A stretch of 64,000 nucleotides of DNA, from assembly GCA_002104905.1 (NCBI GenBank), contig MCFE01000060.1:1-64000 (forward strand), given 5' to 3'. This document shows, one piece after another, positions 25,550 through 38,429 of this stretch (within the stretch, counting starts at the first letter, position 1; each line of letters opens with the position of its first letter). A program made the position numbers and the translations under genes. The notes under the pieces were generated by a model that did no database searches, was not told the DNA's origin, and saw only the letters and a list, made by a program, of their open reading frames with translations. This DNA comes from Basidiobolus meristosporus CBS 931.73 (Eukaryota > Fungi > Basidiobolomycota).

Positions 25550-26659
25550 TCACCAGCCATTGATGGGAGTCCATTTACCGTCCACCAATCCATGCACTTT
25601 CCACTTATATATTCCTCCCTCTCTTCCCTTTGACAAATACACATTGTTCCGTTCGTCCTCATGATTTGTATTGTATTCCATAGAGTGTTCGAGTGATATA
25701 TTCCCCTCACCCTCACCCTCCCCCTTAACCTACTCTTGTAATTCTAATAAATAATGTATGCTGACCATTCCTGAGTATGAATGGCCCTGTTCAAACCAGA
25801 TTCGAGTATTTCAATGTGGTATGTACAGCTGGCTAACTATGGTAAGTATCAAACCGGATTAACACAAAACCGTACTGGCGACAACGCGTTTGGCCTGATT
25901 ATGGAAACCCTGTTCCATCGATATGCGGCCTTGATGGATGCTTACCTTATCCCGTCCCTCCCAATTGGACACCCAAATTCTAAGGTCGATTAAATCAATC
26001 GCTGATCTGTACCTATTTCCCGATACAGGGCTTACATAATGATGCCGATGGAATTATGCTTTTAATAATACCATACAAGACCGTACTCCCTTCAAAGCGT
26101 CAGTGGATTGTGGTCCGTTTCGTGGGATTCCAATGATGTACGCTGCAGAGACTACTCTCCTGAAAACAATCGCCTTCCCCCTCAACCATGCTGGATGACT
26201 TCATCGGACAGTACGATGTAGAGGACTTGTATACGATCTAAACCCAATAGGTGAGGTAGGAATCACTCCGTCCTTATATCCCAAGAGGTTAGATCGATCG
26301 AGCCAGCCATCGGCGAGTGAATCGGCTTGCAGTCAGAAGAAGAGTGCCGCCACCACCACCCTACCCGATACCCTTCGCACCAACTCGAGAATCCATGGGT
26401 TTTCTTGATGACTCGAGGTCCTCCTTATGGATTCTGGGATGAAATCATCCAAATCATCGCCATTCCTGGAAAATTGATTCGATGGATTCCATCATTGCCC
26501 TCGAACCGTGTCCTTTCCAGTTCCCCAACCTGGCATCATCACGATGGCCGGTGGTGGTATCCCGTATTTCGCATCTCTAATAGAGCAGCCGAAATCAGGC
26601 AGGGGTATGCCTTGGTTGCGAATCGGTGCCGTGAAGGGTGCTGTTGTTGCGTACTTAAC

Positions 26660-26752
26660 AACCACAACCACAACCGCAACAGAAACAGAAACAGCAACCA
26701 CAATAATAGTTACAATAATAATAATAATAATAAGAATAATAATAATAACCAT
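26660..26752. repeat. Compound microsatellite (ACAACC/ACAGAA/AAT)n
   Basis: Visible runs acaaccacaaccacaacc, aacagaaacagaaacag and (aat)n. Confidence 0.9.
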
Positions 26753-28572
26753 ATTGCAAATAAGCTGCGTGATGCAAAAGGATGCTAGAAAGCCCATCCG
26801 CCCTGAAAATGGCAATACGATGGCCTATCTTATCTCCAGATGACCTCCCTTCGCTGATAATTCCTCCAAAAGCCAAAAGCCAAAAGCGAGGTCGAAGCAT
26901 AAATCATGGTCCTACCCGTCAGAGAGCAAGGTATTCTAATGCCTCAGTCTGTGCTACACCAGACCCGCTTACACGTAAGCGGTACTCAATTAGATTGATC
27001 CGTGTCGGGCATCGTGAAATTTAGCGTATCATGGGCTCGAGGCTGACCTGCGTCAAGTTAAAATTGGGGGTGTGGATGGTCAGGCTGGCATCGGTGAGCG
27101 ATTATTAATAGCCACCAATATACAAGAATGGGCCATCGGAGGTGATCGAAATGCCTCTCCGATCTTATTATCGGTTCCCCATTCAAATTGTATATCTGCC
27201 CGATCGATTGGGAAGAAGCTCTGGAAATCACTCGGCTCGCCCTAGTATATTAAAGTCTTAGTATTGGTGCAATCCATCGATCAGCTTGAATATGTCGTAT
27301 TACACGAATAAATGTGCGGATGCGGATGCGGCCTCACGAATCCATTGAATACTCTAACATGAGGATCTCAGAGTAAGACTGCAGGTGAGATTGGTCGCTT
27401 GCGACGGCCACAGGTAGCAGATTGCCCGCTAATGACCGCAGGGAGGAGCAGAATGAAGCGTTAGACCCAAAACCTCGACATTGCGTTGACATGCTCCATC
27501 TGGGTACAACTCGGCACGCAGAGGAGTCATGGTAAGAGCGTACAAGCCCCCAATGCGGAATCCCAGACATCACCATACTTGGGCAAGTCAGTGCATTTCA
27601 ATAGGCAAGTATGTCTCAAATTTCAAACCCATCATCGATCGGCAGATGTGGTTCTCATCTACGACACCCGGGCAGAATAATCAGCCCACTTCCGCAGGAA
27701 TCCACGACAATTCATTCCCCCATCAGCGACTGTACAAATAATCAGGGGATTATTCGAGCGGAAGTGACTGGATTCAATGGCATTATACGACTCACTCCTG
27801 CTGTGATTGGTAGGGGGCTGCCTACCATACCAGTTCCTCTAAACTTGGCGCAAATGCTTGTGATACTTCTCGCTGGTGGTAGATGTGAATCATATCCATG
27901 ATTCCCGGGATGATGTATGAGATCTCTTTCTGGTACAAGGTCGTCATATTAGAAAGAGAAATCCCTTCCCGATTCGGATCCGCCAATGCATCAGTGTTTA
28001 AGAGCATCACGCCAATGAATGCGTGCTGTTTACTAACAATCTCGTCAGGGGGTGAGGGCTCATTCCATAAGCGGCCCTCGCTCGCTCACTCGGGGCCGCC
28101 GCATCAATTATCGGAATGACCCAAAGCACGGGGATTTCCATGACGGCAGTAGCACAATCCCATGTCATTTACGACATCACCCACCTATGATTACTTAAGC
28201 AACGAGGCACCACCCAGGTTCTCCCTCGAGGGAGTCCATTGGTCAACTAGCGGTCTCCGTGCACATCCCACACAGATTACTAAATCCCAGCCGTATTTTA
28301 TGGGTTTTACTAGGTTGCTACTTTACATAACCAGATTACTATATTTATCGCCCCCTTCGATGGAAATTGGCTTGAGCTGGTCCCTAAAAAGATATATAAA
28401 GCCAGCAGATCACAGACGAACCACCGTATTCCTTACCATTGGATTTCAGTTGGCCTTATACTCAAGCCATTCCTTACTATATTCGTGTACTCCACCTCCA
28501 TCGCACTCTGACTCTGTCTCGTTGCACTTTGTCCCTGTCGCATACTCTTGCTCCTCTCCGACCGTAGTTCCC

Positions 28573-29521
28573 ATGGATATTTTGGAGTTAATTCATTTGG
28601 ATGATGCGGAACACTCCGAGAAGCCTTTCCGGTGCACCTGGCCCAATTGTATCAAGGGATTCTCTCGACGCTCTGACCTTTCCAGACATCGTAGAATCCA
28701 CACCAACGACAGGCCGTTTGTTTGCCTGGCCTTTGGATGCAACAAAAGCTTCATCCAGGTATGCTAGGGATCCTCAACTCAGTTGGGTCGCATTGTTCGC
28801 TAACCTCTTCGATCTTTCTAGCGTTCCGCGTTGACTGTTCATCAGAGAACCCATTCAGGCGAGCGGCCCCACGCCTGCGAATACGACGGGTGTAACAAGA
28901 CTTTCAGCGATAGTAGTTCGTTGGCCAGACACCGTCGTATCCACACCGGCAACCGGCCTTATAAATGCAAATACGAGGAATGCGGAAAGAGGTGGGTGGA
29001 GTGTGGGCGATCCCTAACGAAAATCAGTTGGTCTAACCACCGAAACCTTGTTCCCCCTTAGCTTTTGCAGGAAATCAGTCCTTACCAAGCACCTGAAGGA
29101 TGCACATCGTTTACACCGCAAAATTCCGACCCAACGTGGTGAGCTCAACTATGGAGGCAGAGCCAACATCCACTCTAGCGGCAATAGCAGTAGCAGTGGT
29201 GGTAGCATTGATTGCCAATTACGTGACCGAATCTCTCCTGCAGGCTATCCTCAATTTAGCCCTCCTTCGTATTACATTCAGAGCACCGTCTCGTCTCAGT
29301 CTACGCCTACGCACACCCCTACTCATACAAACCCGCACAGCCCTACCAACTCCGCGTTCTCTTCGCCTGTAACATACTCATACCCTCTCCACCCCAACGG
29401 CGAAGTCCAGTCCACCCCTTCCTTGGTACCTCCCAAACTTCCCTCCCCACAGGAATTCCTTAATCCCGAGTTTCACAGCCGGGATTTTCGTCCCCTAGCG
29501 GTTCTACCACCATGCTCATAA
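28573..29521 (+). CDS. C2H2 zinc-finger transcription factor (4 fingers) with S/P/T-rich C-terminus; two introns
   Basis: [32 protein letters not shown]|[33 protein letters not shown] and CKYEECGK|[16 protein letters not shown]. Confidence 0.93.
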
Positions 29522-30155
29522 ACTAGTCACCCCTCTACCTCCTCCGTCATAGCACATTCCTTCGCACCACAGTCAGTCGTGGGGCCATATCATGGTCTCC
29601 TTTATGTACTATACACATGTATATTGTGCCTTCTAGCTCATCCTCTTCCTCTCCTTTCCACCGGCACCACCCACCCAAACAAAACTTCCCTAATTGCACT
29701 AGACTCTGATAAAAGCTGACCGATGTATTCGCGCATTTTGAAATCAGTTCCCTTCCCCCATCTGACCAACTGGATAAACCTCGCTGCCCGCACACCCCAA
29801 CATCCCTGGAACCCCCCCCCCCACGAACCCGGACCTCAAGGCTTCGGATCTGGAATCTTCCTGTTGAAAAGGCCAGGCGCGGAATGGTAGGAAGGGATGG
29901 ACTCGGTTCGGTATGGTGTGATTTGACATGGAATCGGTGGCTTCCCGCGATGATAGTGAGGCAGGGAAATCCAATACCCGTCCCCCTCCAGAGGACCAGG
30001 GAGACCGTTGAAAACCCAACTGCCTTCGGCCTAATGCCACCCCGCTGAGGAACGAACCGGGCCGGCCAGCCCCAGTCGTGCCACCTCCCCTGGCATACAT
30101 TTCGGTAGACCCGTTGGGATTGTCCGCCACAGGTCACTCCGATCAACCACCAGAC

Positions 30156-31530
30156 TGTTAAGTTGGGACCGGGCCATCCAGTTAACTAGCAAGTTCCCAG
30201 TCCCAATCTGGATGAAACTCGTGGTGGACGTTCAAGGTCCCGTCACGAGATAGGCCTCCGGTGGTAGGCAGCTAGTGGATGGTGGTGGTGGTGGAGAAGG
30301 GCGAATAGGCTTGTGTCTGGTGGCCCGAGTGGAGATTCCCCTCATATGGCAAGTGGTGGGTGGGGTCAGTGATGCGGCCCCACCAAATAACCAGTACATG
30401 TGGATCTGGACCTGGTCCTGTACCTGATGATGGTTGAGCCTGCTAAGGTTAGATGGATGTGGGACTGCCTTACCAAGAAACCATGCGAGCCCAATAGTCC
30501 TGGTATCTGACGGGTACAAGTCCAATCCCTCCCATTTATGGGTTAGTAGATGCACACCTGTGTGCTGGGTGAGATTGTCATTTGTGGTGAGCCAGCGGGT
30601 AACCTGTGCTGGTGGTCAAAGAATTCATGCAGTCATCTGGTGGACAGATGAGTGGCACCAGAGGTATGCTGGTGAATTTTTATACTGATTCTTGCATCTT
30701 CACACATGAAACATATGCAATTGTTTAGTGTTGATTTCTGTGATCCTTCATTTGTTTGCCACTGATAACATCCCCACCTAATGGTCCATCATTTGGGATT
30801 TTTTTGGAAGATTCTCCATATGGTGGAACCACCAGAGGTTGTCACCAGCATTGGGATGTCCCCCAATCAAAACCAGTAGAATACTTAATATCCTCTTGCC
30901 TATACTAAATCGCTGCCAGAAAAGTCATCCCACCCCTTCCATCAGTGTCCCTACCTAGCAGCTCTAGTATTGCCCACCTCCACTGCTCTCAACCCCATAT
31001 GAATACCAGGTATTTTGGATGGGGAAATCTTCAAGTCTGGAATGCAATGCATATGGCTTCACTATTGATGATATACTGCTGGGAACTTTTCACTCAGGAC
31101 AGTATAATCCCCATAGTGGGCCATTCACCTTGGAGGAAACAAGCCACCTTGTACAAAAAAGACTTTGGTCTGAGGAGAGGCTCAGCAATACATAGTCCAT
31201 ATACATACTTATACCTAAATACCCACCTTAGCCCAGTGAGCTGAATCATCACTAATGAACTTGACTATTTTCTGGCCAGACTTATTGTTTGCATTGAGGA
31301 GGAATGAAGCTCTGCATAGCTGGAACTGAATAGAGCTGCCCCAGGCTGCTCAGTAGTCCACAAGATCAGTGCTGGCATACTGTGAAGGTGAACCTATGTT
31401 TCCACATGTATTCAGCTGGTTGGACTTAAGCCAACAAAATGCAATGTTCCCTCACCAAACCTGTTTTTGTGTAGTTACATTTGGCTTCCTTGAGCTTTAA
31501 GTATATGCAGCACATGTTAGCTTTCTTATG
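30156..31530 (-). mobile_element. Highly degenerate Ty3/gypsy-like remnant
   Basis: Begins with TGTTAAG at the edge of the CpG-depleted block. The minus strand near 31480-31510 reads IYLKLKEAKCNY, resembling the RT LKLK..KC motif. Confidence 0.4.
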
Positions 31531-31549
31531 GTGGCACAAAGAACCACTG

Positions 31550-33790
31550 AGTGTACCTCCATGTTCACAACCTTGGTAGTGATTCACATTTTAGTAAGTG
31601 TCAAACAGGGTCACCTGGTGTCTCTTCTAATGTTTTTAGGGTATTGGGTGCTACAATAAGATCATCCACATATAGAGCCAATAGAACTGGACTTGCTCTA
31701 TCTGGCTCAGAGTATATTTTACAGCTGGCAGTACTCCTTTAACATCAAAGATTCCAAATAAGAATCTCTCTTGCAATTCCAGGCTCTTGGTGATTGCTTG
31801 AGTTCATATAGTGACATTTCAAGCTTGCAAACCAAATGGAGGTTATCATGGTCAGCAGACCCATCAGGTCAGTCCATAAACATATCCTCATCAAGTTCTC
31901 CCAAGTTGGATTTTCCACTAGGGCCTGAAGCTCCACAGTCATTGCAGATCTCCAAAACTATGTCTAAGAGCTAATTAGGGCCTCTTTTAAAGTGCAAGGC
32001 ACATCAATATGGACTGAATAGGCATTGGCTAAGTTTGTACCCTCAGTGATATAGTAATTTGGGCTATATCTGGTCCAGTTAGATCTCCTGGTTAATAATG
32101 CTGGAATGCTTACATCTGGGATATTCCTGGGCACTGATTAAGGCTGAACTATGGTTGAATGGTCCTCTGCAGTGAAAAAGGTGTCATTGTTTTGCTCTGA
32201 TTTGATCTTCACTATAGGTTGCCTTGAGATTAGATATTTGTCATCATCTAATGTCATTTTTTGTAATAATCTTGAATTTTCATCAGGCATCAATTCCCTG
32301 AACTTGATCAGCTTCTTTGAGTTGGTATTGTAGAGTCTGTGTGCCTTACTCTCATTGCAGTAGCCCAAGATATTCATTTTACACTATTTAGCTCAATTTT
32401 GGACTGATTTCCTGCCAGTTTCTTGCCATATATTGTACACCCAGATATAATTAGATGTCCTGGATTTAGTCTGTATCCATACCATGCTTCAAGTGTAGTG
32501 AAAGCACAAAGTATTCTACCGTAACTCCTATTTTTAAGGTATACAGCTCTAGCAACTGATTCCACCTAAGAATCATAGAATAATGTTTGATCATGGATCA
32601 TAGATCTTGCCATATCAATTGTTGATCTGCTTACACGTTCTGCTACTCCATTATGCTGTGGGGAGTAGGGTACAGTAGTCTCTTGCATTATACCATGAAT
32701 TTTGCACAAGTGGATGAAGAGTTTTGAGGGACATTGTCCAACATTGTGAGAGCATTTTTTCTTGATCTTTTCACCTGCTTCTCTCTCCACCATGGCTGTA
32801 AACTCCCTGTATTTAGACAGAGAGTCTTCCTTTGTCTCCATGAAGTAAACCCACATGTATCTTGTATAATCATCAATAAAATTGATCAACTACTTCATCC
32901 CACCTAAGGATAGGTTTTGCATAAGTCCAGACACACCTGAGTGAATTAGATCTAGTTTTTTTGCAGCATTGATTAATCCTGAGCTCTTGAACAGTTTCCT
33001 GGCTTATTTCCCATATATGCTGGCTTCACAGTGCCTCAAACTAGCTGAGGGATCAATTTTTACTCCACAAAATAGCTGATCTTTGATCTTTTTGCGCAAG
33101 TAATCAAAATTGATGTGTCCAAATTTCCGGTATTAAAGCATTGGTGCTTTTTCATCCAAGTTACTTATGTTGGCTTCCAGATATGATGGAATATAAGTTA
33201 AAATATGCTGATTCTGATTTCTGATGCCCAAAGCAATACAGGCACCATTTTGATCAGTTATCCTGCATCCAGGATTGTTAAAGCTGGAATGGAGTCCTTC
33301 AGTAGTGGCCTTGCTTACAGATAGTAGGTTCTTGGCTATTTCTGCAGCATTGAGTACTACTTTAAACATCAGTCTATGGCTTCCTTGACTGCTTTTAAGG
33401 TTTACTTGGACAGTTCCTCTTCCTACTGAATCAAGTATTCCATTGTCACCCATGAAAATGTTTGTGATTGAAATTTTATGATATCAGGTGAAGAGTTTTT
33501 TTGGTGAAAAGTATTAAGATGCTCCAGAGTCAATAAACTGCATCTCAAAGTCCTTATTTGTAGTAGTATTTAGTGCAGATACAAATAGTCTACAGTCAGT
33601 TGTTGCAGCACTTATAAATTCAGGCTTTTTCTGCTGATTATTTCTCAATTTGAGGCATTTGTTGGATGTGTTTCCTTTCCTTTTGTAGTATTTGCAAAAC
33701 CATTTACTATTGCCTTTGAAGGGTCTTGGGTAACTCCTTTGTAGGTGATCATTACCTATTAAAGGATTTTCTTTTCCTTCTTATTGGCAC
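31550..33790 (-). mobile_element. Ty1/copia pol remnant (zinc knuckle, protease, integrase, RT), multiply interrupted
   Basis: FIDSGAS (~33520), KNLLSVSK, integrase FIDDYTRYMWVY and PYSPQHNGVAER, and RT LLALYVDDLIV (~31660), in copia order PR-IN-RT; many stop codons. Confidence 0.88.
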
Positions 33791-33791
33791 T

Positions 33792-34063
33792 GTAATGGGT
33801 TCACAGTGACACCCACCAACAGATGTACCCATTCCCGTATTATCTACTTCCCTATATTTCTACTATCCTTATTTTAGTTTATCCCATTTGTCTTATCTCA
33901 TCAGTACCATGCTATAAGCTGGCTAACTATGATGCCTGCCTATTTATTGCATAAGTTATACCTCACTTTATGTAGGATTACTAGATGTAAGTGCTTCTAT
34001 ATTAGGCAAGTACCTGGACCAGGACCCATGACACATCATCAAGTTGTGTTACCAACCCTAACA
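33792..34063. repeat. Candidate solo LTR-like insertion interrupting the copia element
   Basis: A TG...CA-bounded segment of ~270 bp starts exactly where the copia zinc-knuckle reading stops; no clear TSD. Confidence 0.3.
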
Positions 34064-34767
34064 TTTTCACTCCATATATGATATCCCTATCTAACACAGG
34101 TTTTGGAATACTGATCCTTGAGTGGCTGGATGTGCTGTTCCTCTTAGAACCTACCAGCATCTACATATAACATACTTAGCTCATTCTGATGTCATTAAGA
34201 TTTCCATTGATCTGTGGAACCTGCTGAAACACTGTGATTAGTAATCACTTGGCCAGTGAGAAAAATATATAATGGAGGCAATCCCTCAATAATAAGTCAT
34301 CATCCCTTTTATCTACATATCAACTTGTTGGCTAGTCTGACCACTGCTCCCTGCTGCTGCCTGAACTTCCAATCCCAGACCACAGGAAACTCCCAGGAGA
34401 CTGTGCAGATAACCAACTGACCTTAGAGGCACTACTTGTGAGGAGTACACAGAGTAGTTATCCTTGCTAATGTTTGATTCTTTTCCAAGTTTGTTCTTAT
34501 ACAGGCAAAGATACTTTTCTGTCTTTGTAACTATTGACCACAGTTGCATTCTTCTCAAGTACCAGCTGGTGGAGTTTACAGTGGGTTTGACTTTTGATGT
34601 TTTAGTACATTGTCATCTCAAAGTATGCTGTACCTTGCACATACTTTTGTTAAAATGCCAACTAAGTTGGGGATTGTAGCTCAATAGCATTGCCTTGACA
34701 AACTTATGGCTTTATTCTCCTTCACTAAGAGTAGAGACAAAACCCAAGTATTCTTAGCAGGCTTTTG

Positions 34768-35400
34768 CTAAAGATTATTGCACCCAGTGAACACCCTATA
34801 CACAAAACACTTGAGAAGTGTTGGATGTATCTCTCCCTTGTACATATACAGTACCCCAGTGCTTGCTTTACTAATTTCTTTATATAGCAGCCTTCTGTAG
34901 GCATAGCTCAATGTCAAATTTTCTGTTCTGGACTCTAGGGCTGATAAATGGCCCAGAAATCTGTTTGTTAGGCTGTTCAGGATGGCAACTACCACATCCT
35001 CATCAGTAGTTGGTACACCCACAGACTTCATTACAGCTAGCAGCAGGGTAATTGTGTTGATAAAATCTTTAAACTCTTCTCCAGGCTGCATCTCTGAAGT
35101 AGAAAATATCTGTCTAAAATACATTCTTTTAGCAGCTAGACATGACTGATATGTGTTTTCTAATGCCTTCTAGGCATTTGTTGTCATCTTTGACATCAAG
35201 GCATATGCAGGTAAAAGTACTTTGCTCTTTCTTCTGGTACCTCACAGCTTCCTCTCCCATGCTCTTAAGAGAGCATTCTTTTCCCATGAAAACATCCCAA
35301 AGGCCTCTTTCTTGTAGCAGCATCTTCATCTTCACCTTTCACACTTGGTAATTAGATCCATCTAACTATTCAACAGAGAGAAAAATTCCAGTATTAGAAG
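34768..35400 (-). mobile_element. Ty1/copia gag (UBN2-type) remnant
   Basis: MKMLLQERGLWDV and MQPGEEFKDFINTI...MKSVGVPTTDEDVVVAILNSL...LESRTENLTL. Confidence 0.8.
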
Positions 35401-35569
35401 CAGCAGGCATTGCAGAGAGTGACAGCTCAGGGCTCATAACCTGTTCTAAGAGTCCTGGAGATATTGGAAATAATACAGAGAATAAGTAGATGATGTGATT
35501 TTCACTCAATGATTCATTGAATTGAAAGTGGTACTTATACTTTGCATGAAAATGCCATTCTGAATGCAT

Positions 35570-37310
35570 AAAATATGTTTTAGAAGGTCCCAGAATATGC
35601 GTGCAAGGTTTAGGGCTTATTGGACAACTTTGGGTACTCTCATGTTATGGGCACATGAAATCTGGGTGAAAATATTCTATGTGAATCCCAACAAGGAATT
35701 TGGATCATTATCCTTGAGAATTTCTGGGTAATAATCTAGTGACTAGGTAGAGTAAATATTTAGGTGGAATTACAAACTTTTACAACAATCTCAACAGGGG
35801 CTTGAGTGATACTTCCATTACCAGCCTATTTTTGAACAATTTCATCAACTCAGTGCTAATATGAATGCAGAATGGGGTATTACCTTTTCTATGCCTACTT
35901 ATCCGGTGGGGTTTCTAATGTAACAATTGATTCTGGAATTGTGCCAAAACTATGGCTTGGATTGGCTTAGTTTCTTTCTATGACTGGCTGCATATCCAGT
36001 TTGACTGATTGAGAATATGCTTGAAAAGTTGGGGCTGACTCTTTTTCTTCCAGTTAGACAAGATAATATTTAGAATCAAATTCATTACAGGTGGCTGAGA
36101 CTTAGTGATTCTGGGATATGAAACTTGTAGTCCACCTATTTGAATGCTAAGTTTGGTGAAGGAGTCTGAAACAATGACTACCTGAGGTCAATCTGGAACA
36201 TCAATAACTTCCATTTGATATACTATAGTTATTGAGCCATAATATATGTTGATTGGGTTGGTGATACCAATTTTTGGGGCTGAGAGGTCTTTAGCTACAA
36301 GTATTAATTTTCTATTTTCAAGTAGAGTTCTTTGACCATGCTGGGTGATACAATAGAGCTGGATGATCCAGTATCCAGTAGTGCTACAAATGATAGGTTG
36401 TTGAGGGTGAGCGGCACCTCTGTGGCTTTTAGCTATGTGATTGGTTGCTTCTTTTCTTGCACAGTTGCTATTCTAGCCTGAATTCAGAGGTTGTGATATT
36501 CTTGAAATGTAAGTTCTTCACAGGCTTTCTCATGCCCTGTTGTATCTTTGGTTGAATGATGAGAATCTTTCCACTTATGAAGCATTTGTCATCTGCATAT
36601 GAACCCTCCATTTTCATGTCTGGCTGCTTCTCTGAGGTATTTCCTGACTTATTTGTCTACTTGTTAGTGCCTTTGCAATCAATGGTAGAATGATAGCATC
36701 TTCCATGAAGCTCACAGTGGTTTGTAGCAGTTAACTTTTTCTTGGTCACATGGATGGTATTTTTCTGGTAGTTGCTGGATTGTGAGTGGAGTTGCCTGAA
36801 ATCTGGCTAACAACTGTAGTCATGGTGATTACAAGTGTACATATCTCTAAGATTTTGTAATAAGTATATGCAGGATTGCATGCTTTGACAATAACAGCTT
36901 TACTCTGAAGCAGGTGTGAGAGGTTTGGAAGAGAATATGAAGTAAGTAATACATTATCATCACTAACTTTGGCTAATCTCATTTGTCTTTGAAATCTATC
37001 ACAAAAATGTTGCACAGATTTGCCTTTTTACATTTTGGTTTTCCATAAGCTGAAGTTCAGATATGCTTTCTTGAGATAATCTTCAAAATGGCTACAAAAG
37101 AGGTTCTGGATAGTTTTCCACATACTATTGGAAGGAATGTTCACTTCAACCCAGTCAGCATCATGCACAATAGGACAGAGAGGCAGAAAATTAGCCCAAT
37201 TGGTGTCAGGATCTAGATGGGGTGCAGCTAAGACAGGACTTAACTTATAAAGAAACTCAGCAGGATTCTTTATTGCATTGGTTCCTTCTGCATAAAAAGG
37301 CAAGGATATT
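35570..37310 (-). mobile_element. Ty3/gypsy gag-protease remnant
   Basis: Gag-like PAEFLYKL..., CCHC-like HCELHGRCYHSTIDC, and retropepsin FVALLDTGSSSSIVS (~36380). Confidence 0.7.
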
Positions 37311-37439
37311 GGGACAATTACCTGGGTGGATCTAAAGGAGATATAGATCAGGAGGATCTAAAGGCATGAATTCTTAGTAGCTGATGCAGAGTAAGGCTTG
37401 GTGGATCTTCTGTACTGTCAATTCCTTATGAAAAATCCC

Positions 37440-37748
37440 AAACTTGGAAGTCATCTGACTTTCAGCAGGTATTCTGCTGGTGTTCTAATGGTATTTTCCT
37501 GGTATTTAGCTGGTGCTTTTGGTTTGAGATTTCAAATGCAATTTTTGATGGATATAATAGGCAGCTAAATACCAAATTTGGGATGGATGCTAGTTGGCCC
37601 AGTCACCACCTGGAGAATTTGTTTTCTTGCCTGCCCATCAGCTAACAACAAAGATACTGATAGTTGTCAATTTTGAGAAACTTGGAATTCAGCTGATATC
37701 ATGATGGTAAATGCCAGCCTTTTCTTAATTTTTTTTCTTAGGGAATTA
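37440..37748. repeat. ~310-bp dispersed repeat, copy 1 (copy 2 at ~46058-46370, same orientation)
   Basis: Both copies carry shared CTGGTATT(C/T)T-type subrepeats and a collinear sequence ending TCT(T/A)AGGG. Confidence 0.8.
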
Positions 37749-38429
37749 TTATAACAACACTCTCCTAAGCTGTTGTCATTATACCAGTTCTATACTGGTA
37801 ATTAAATATAACTTCAAGGATTTCATCTCTACAATGATTGTCTGATATTATACTGGCAAGCTTTGAGTGCATGAACATCAATGTGACTTGTTCATGCATG
37901 GTGTTTGCAAGCTGCTCAGTAAGCACTTGCCGCTTTTTTTGAACTTCCTTTAACATATGAAGATTTGAATTGCCTACTGCTGATAACATTGTGTAATGAA
38001 GCTGAATATAAACCTATTCAACAAAAAGATTGTCATATTCAAGAGAAGAGTGTAAAGAAGCTCTTGAATGGTTTGACTTAATCAAAGGGGCACTCTATGA
38101 AAAATCATTGTGATGATCCTGTCATAAGGCCATCATAAATTTAAAGTCCTGTCACTAAAAGGTATTGATCCAATCAGAACACTGTGTAATGAGCATTAAA
38201 AATGATTGCACCCCAGACTTCACAAAAAACTTAGTGAAAATTTTTCAACACATCTATACAGAATTTACTTATGATTAATGCTCTGGCAATTTTCTCACTT
38301 TCTGATCCAGACACTGTATGAACCCCTATATTTGTGTGCATTGATTGGTTATTGCCTCTTTTTCACACACCTTATCACCTGACCCAACTGTTTTGCTTAC
38401 TTTTTATACATACAAAATGATTTATTTCC

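Noticed and set aside
26327-26900. Four overlapping ORFs with poly-Asn, poly-Ile/Thr (TM-like) or Tyr/Cys-rich tracts
   Set aside because: All are readings of the same AAT/ACAACC microsatellite on both strands, with no independent coding signal.
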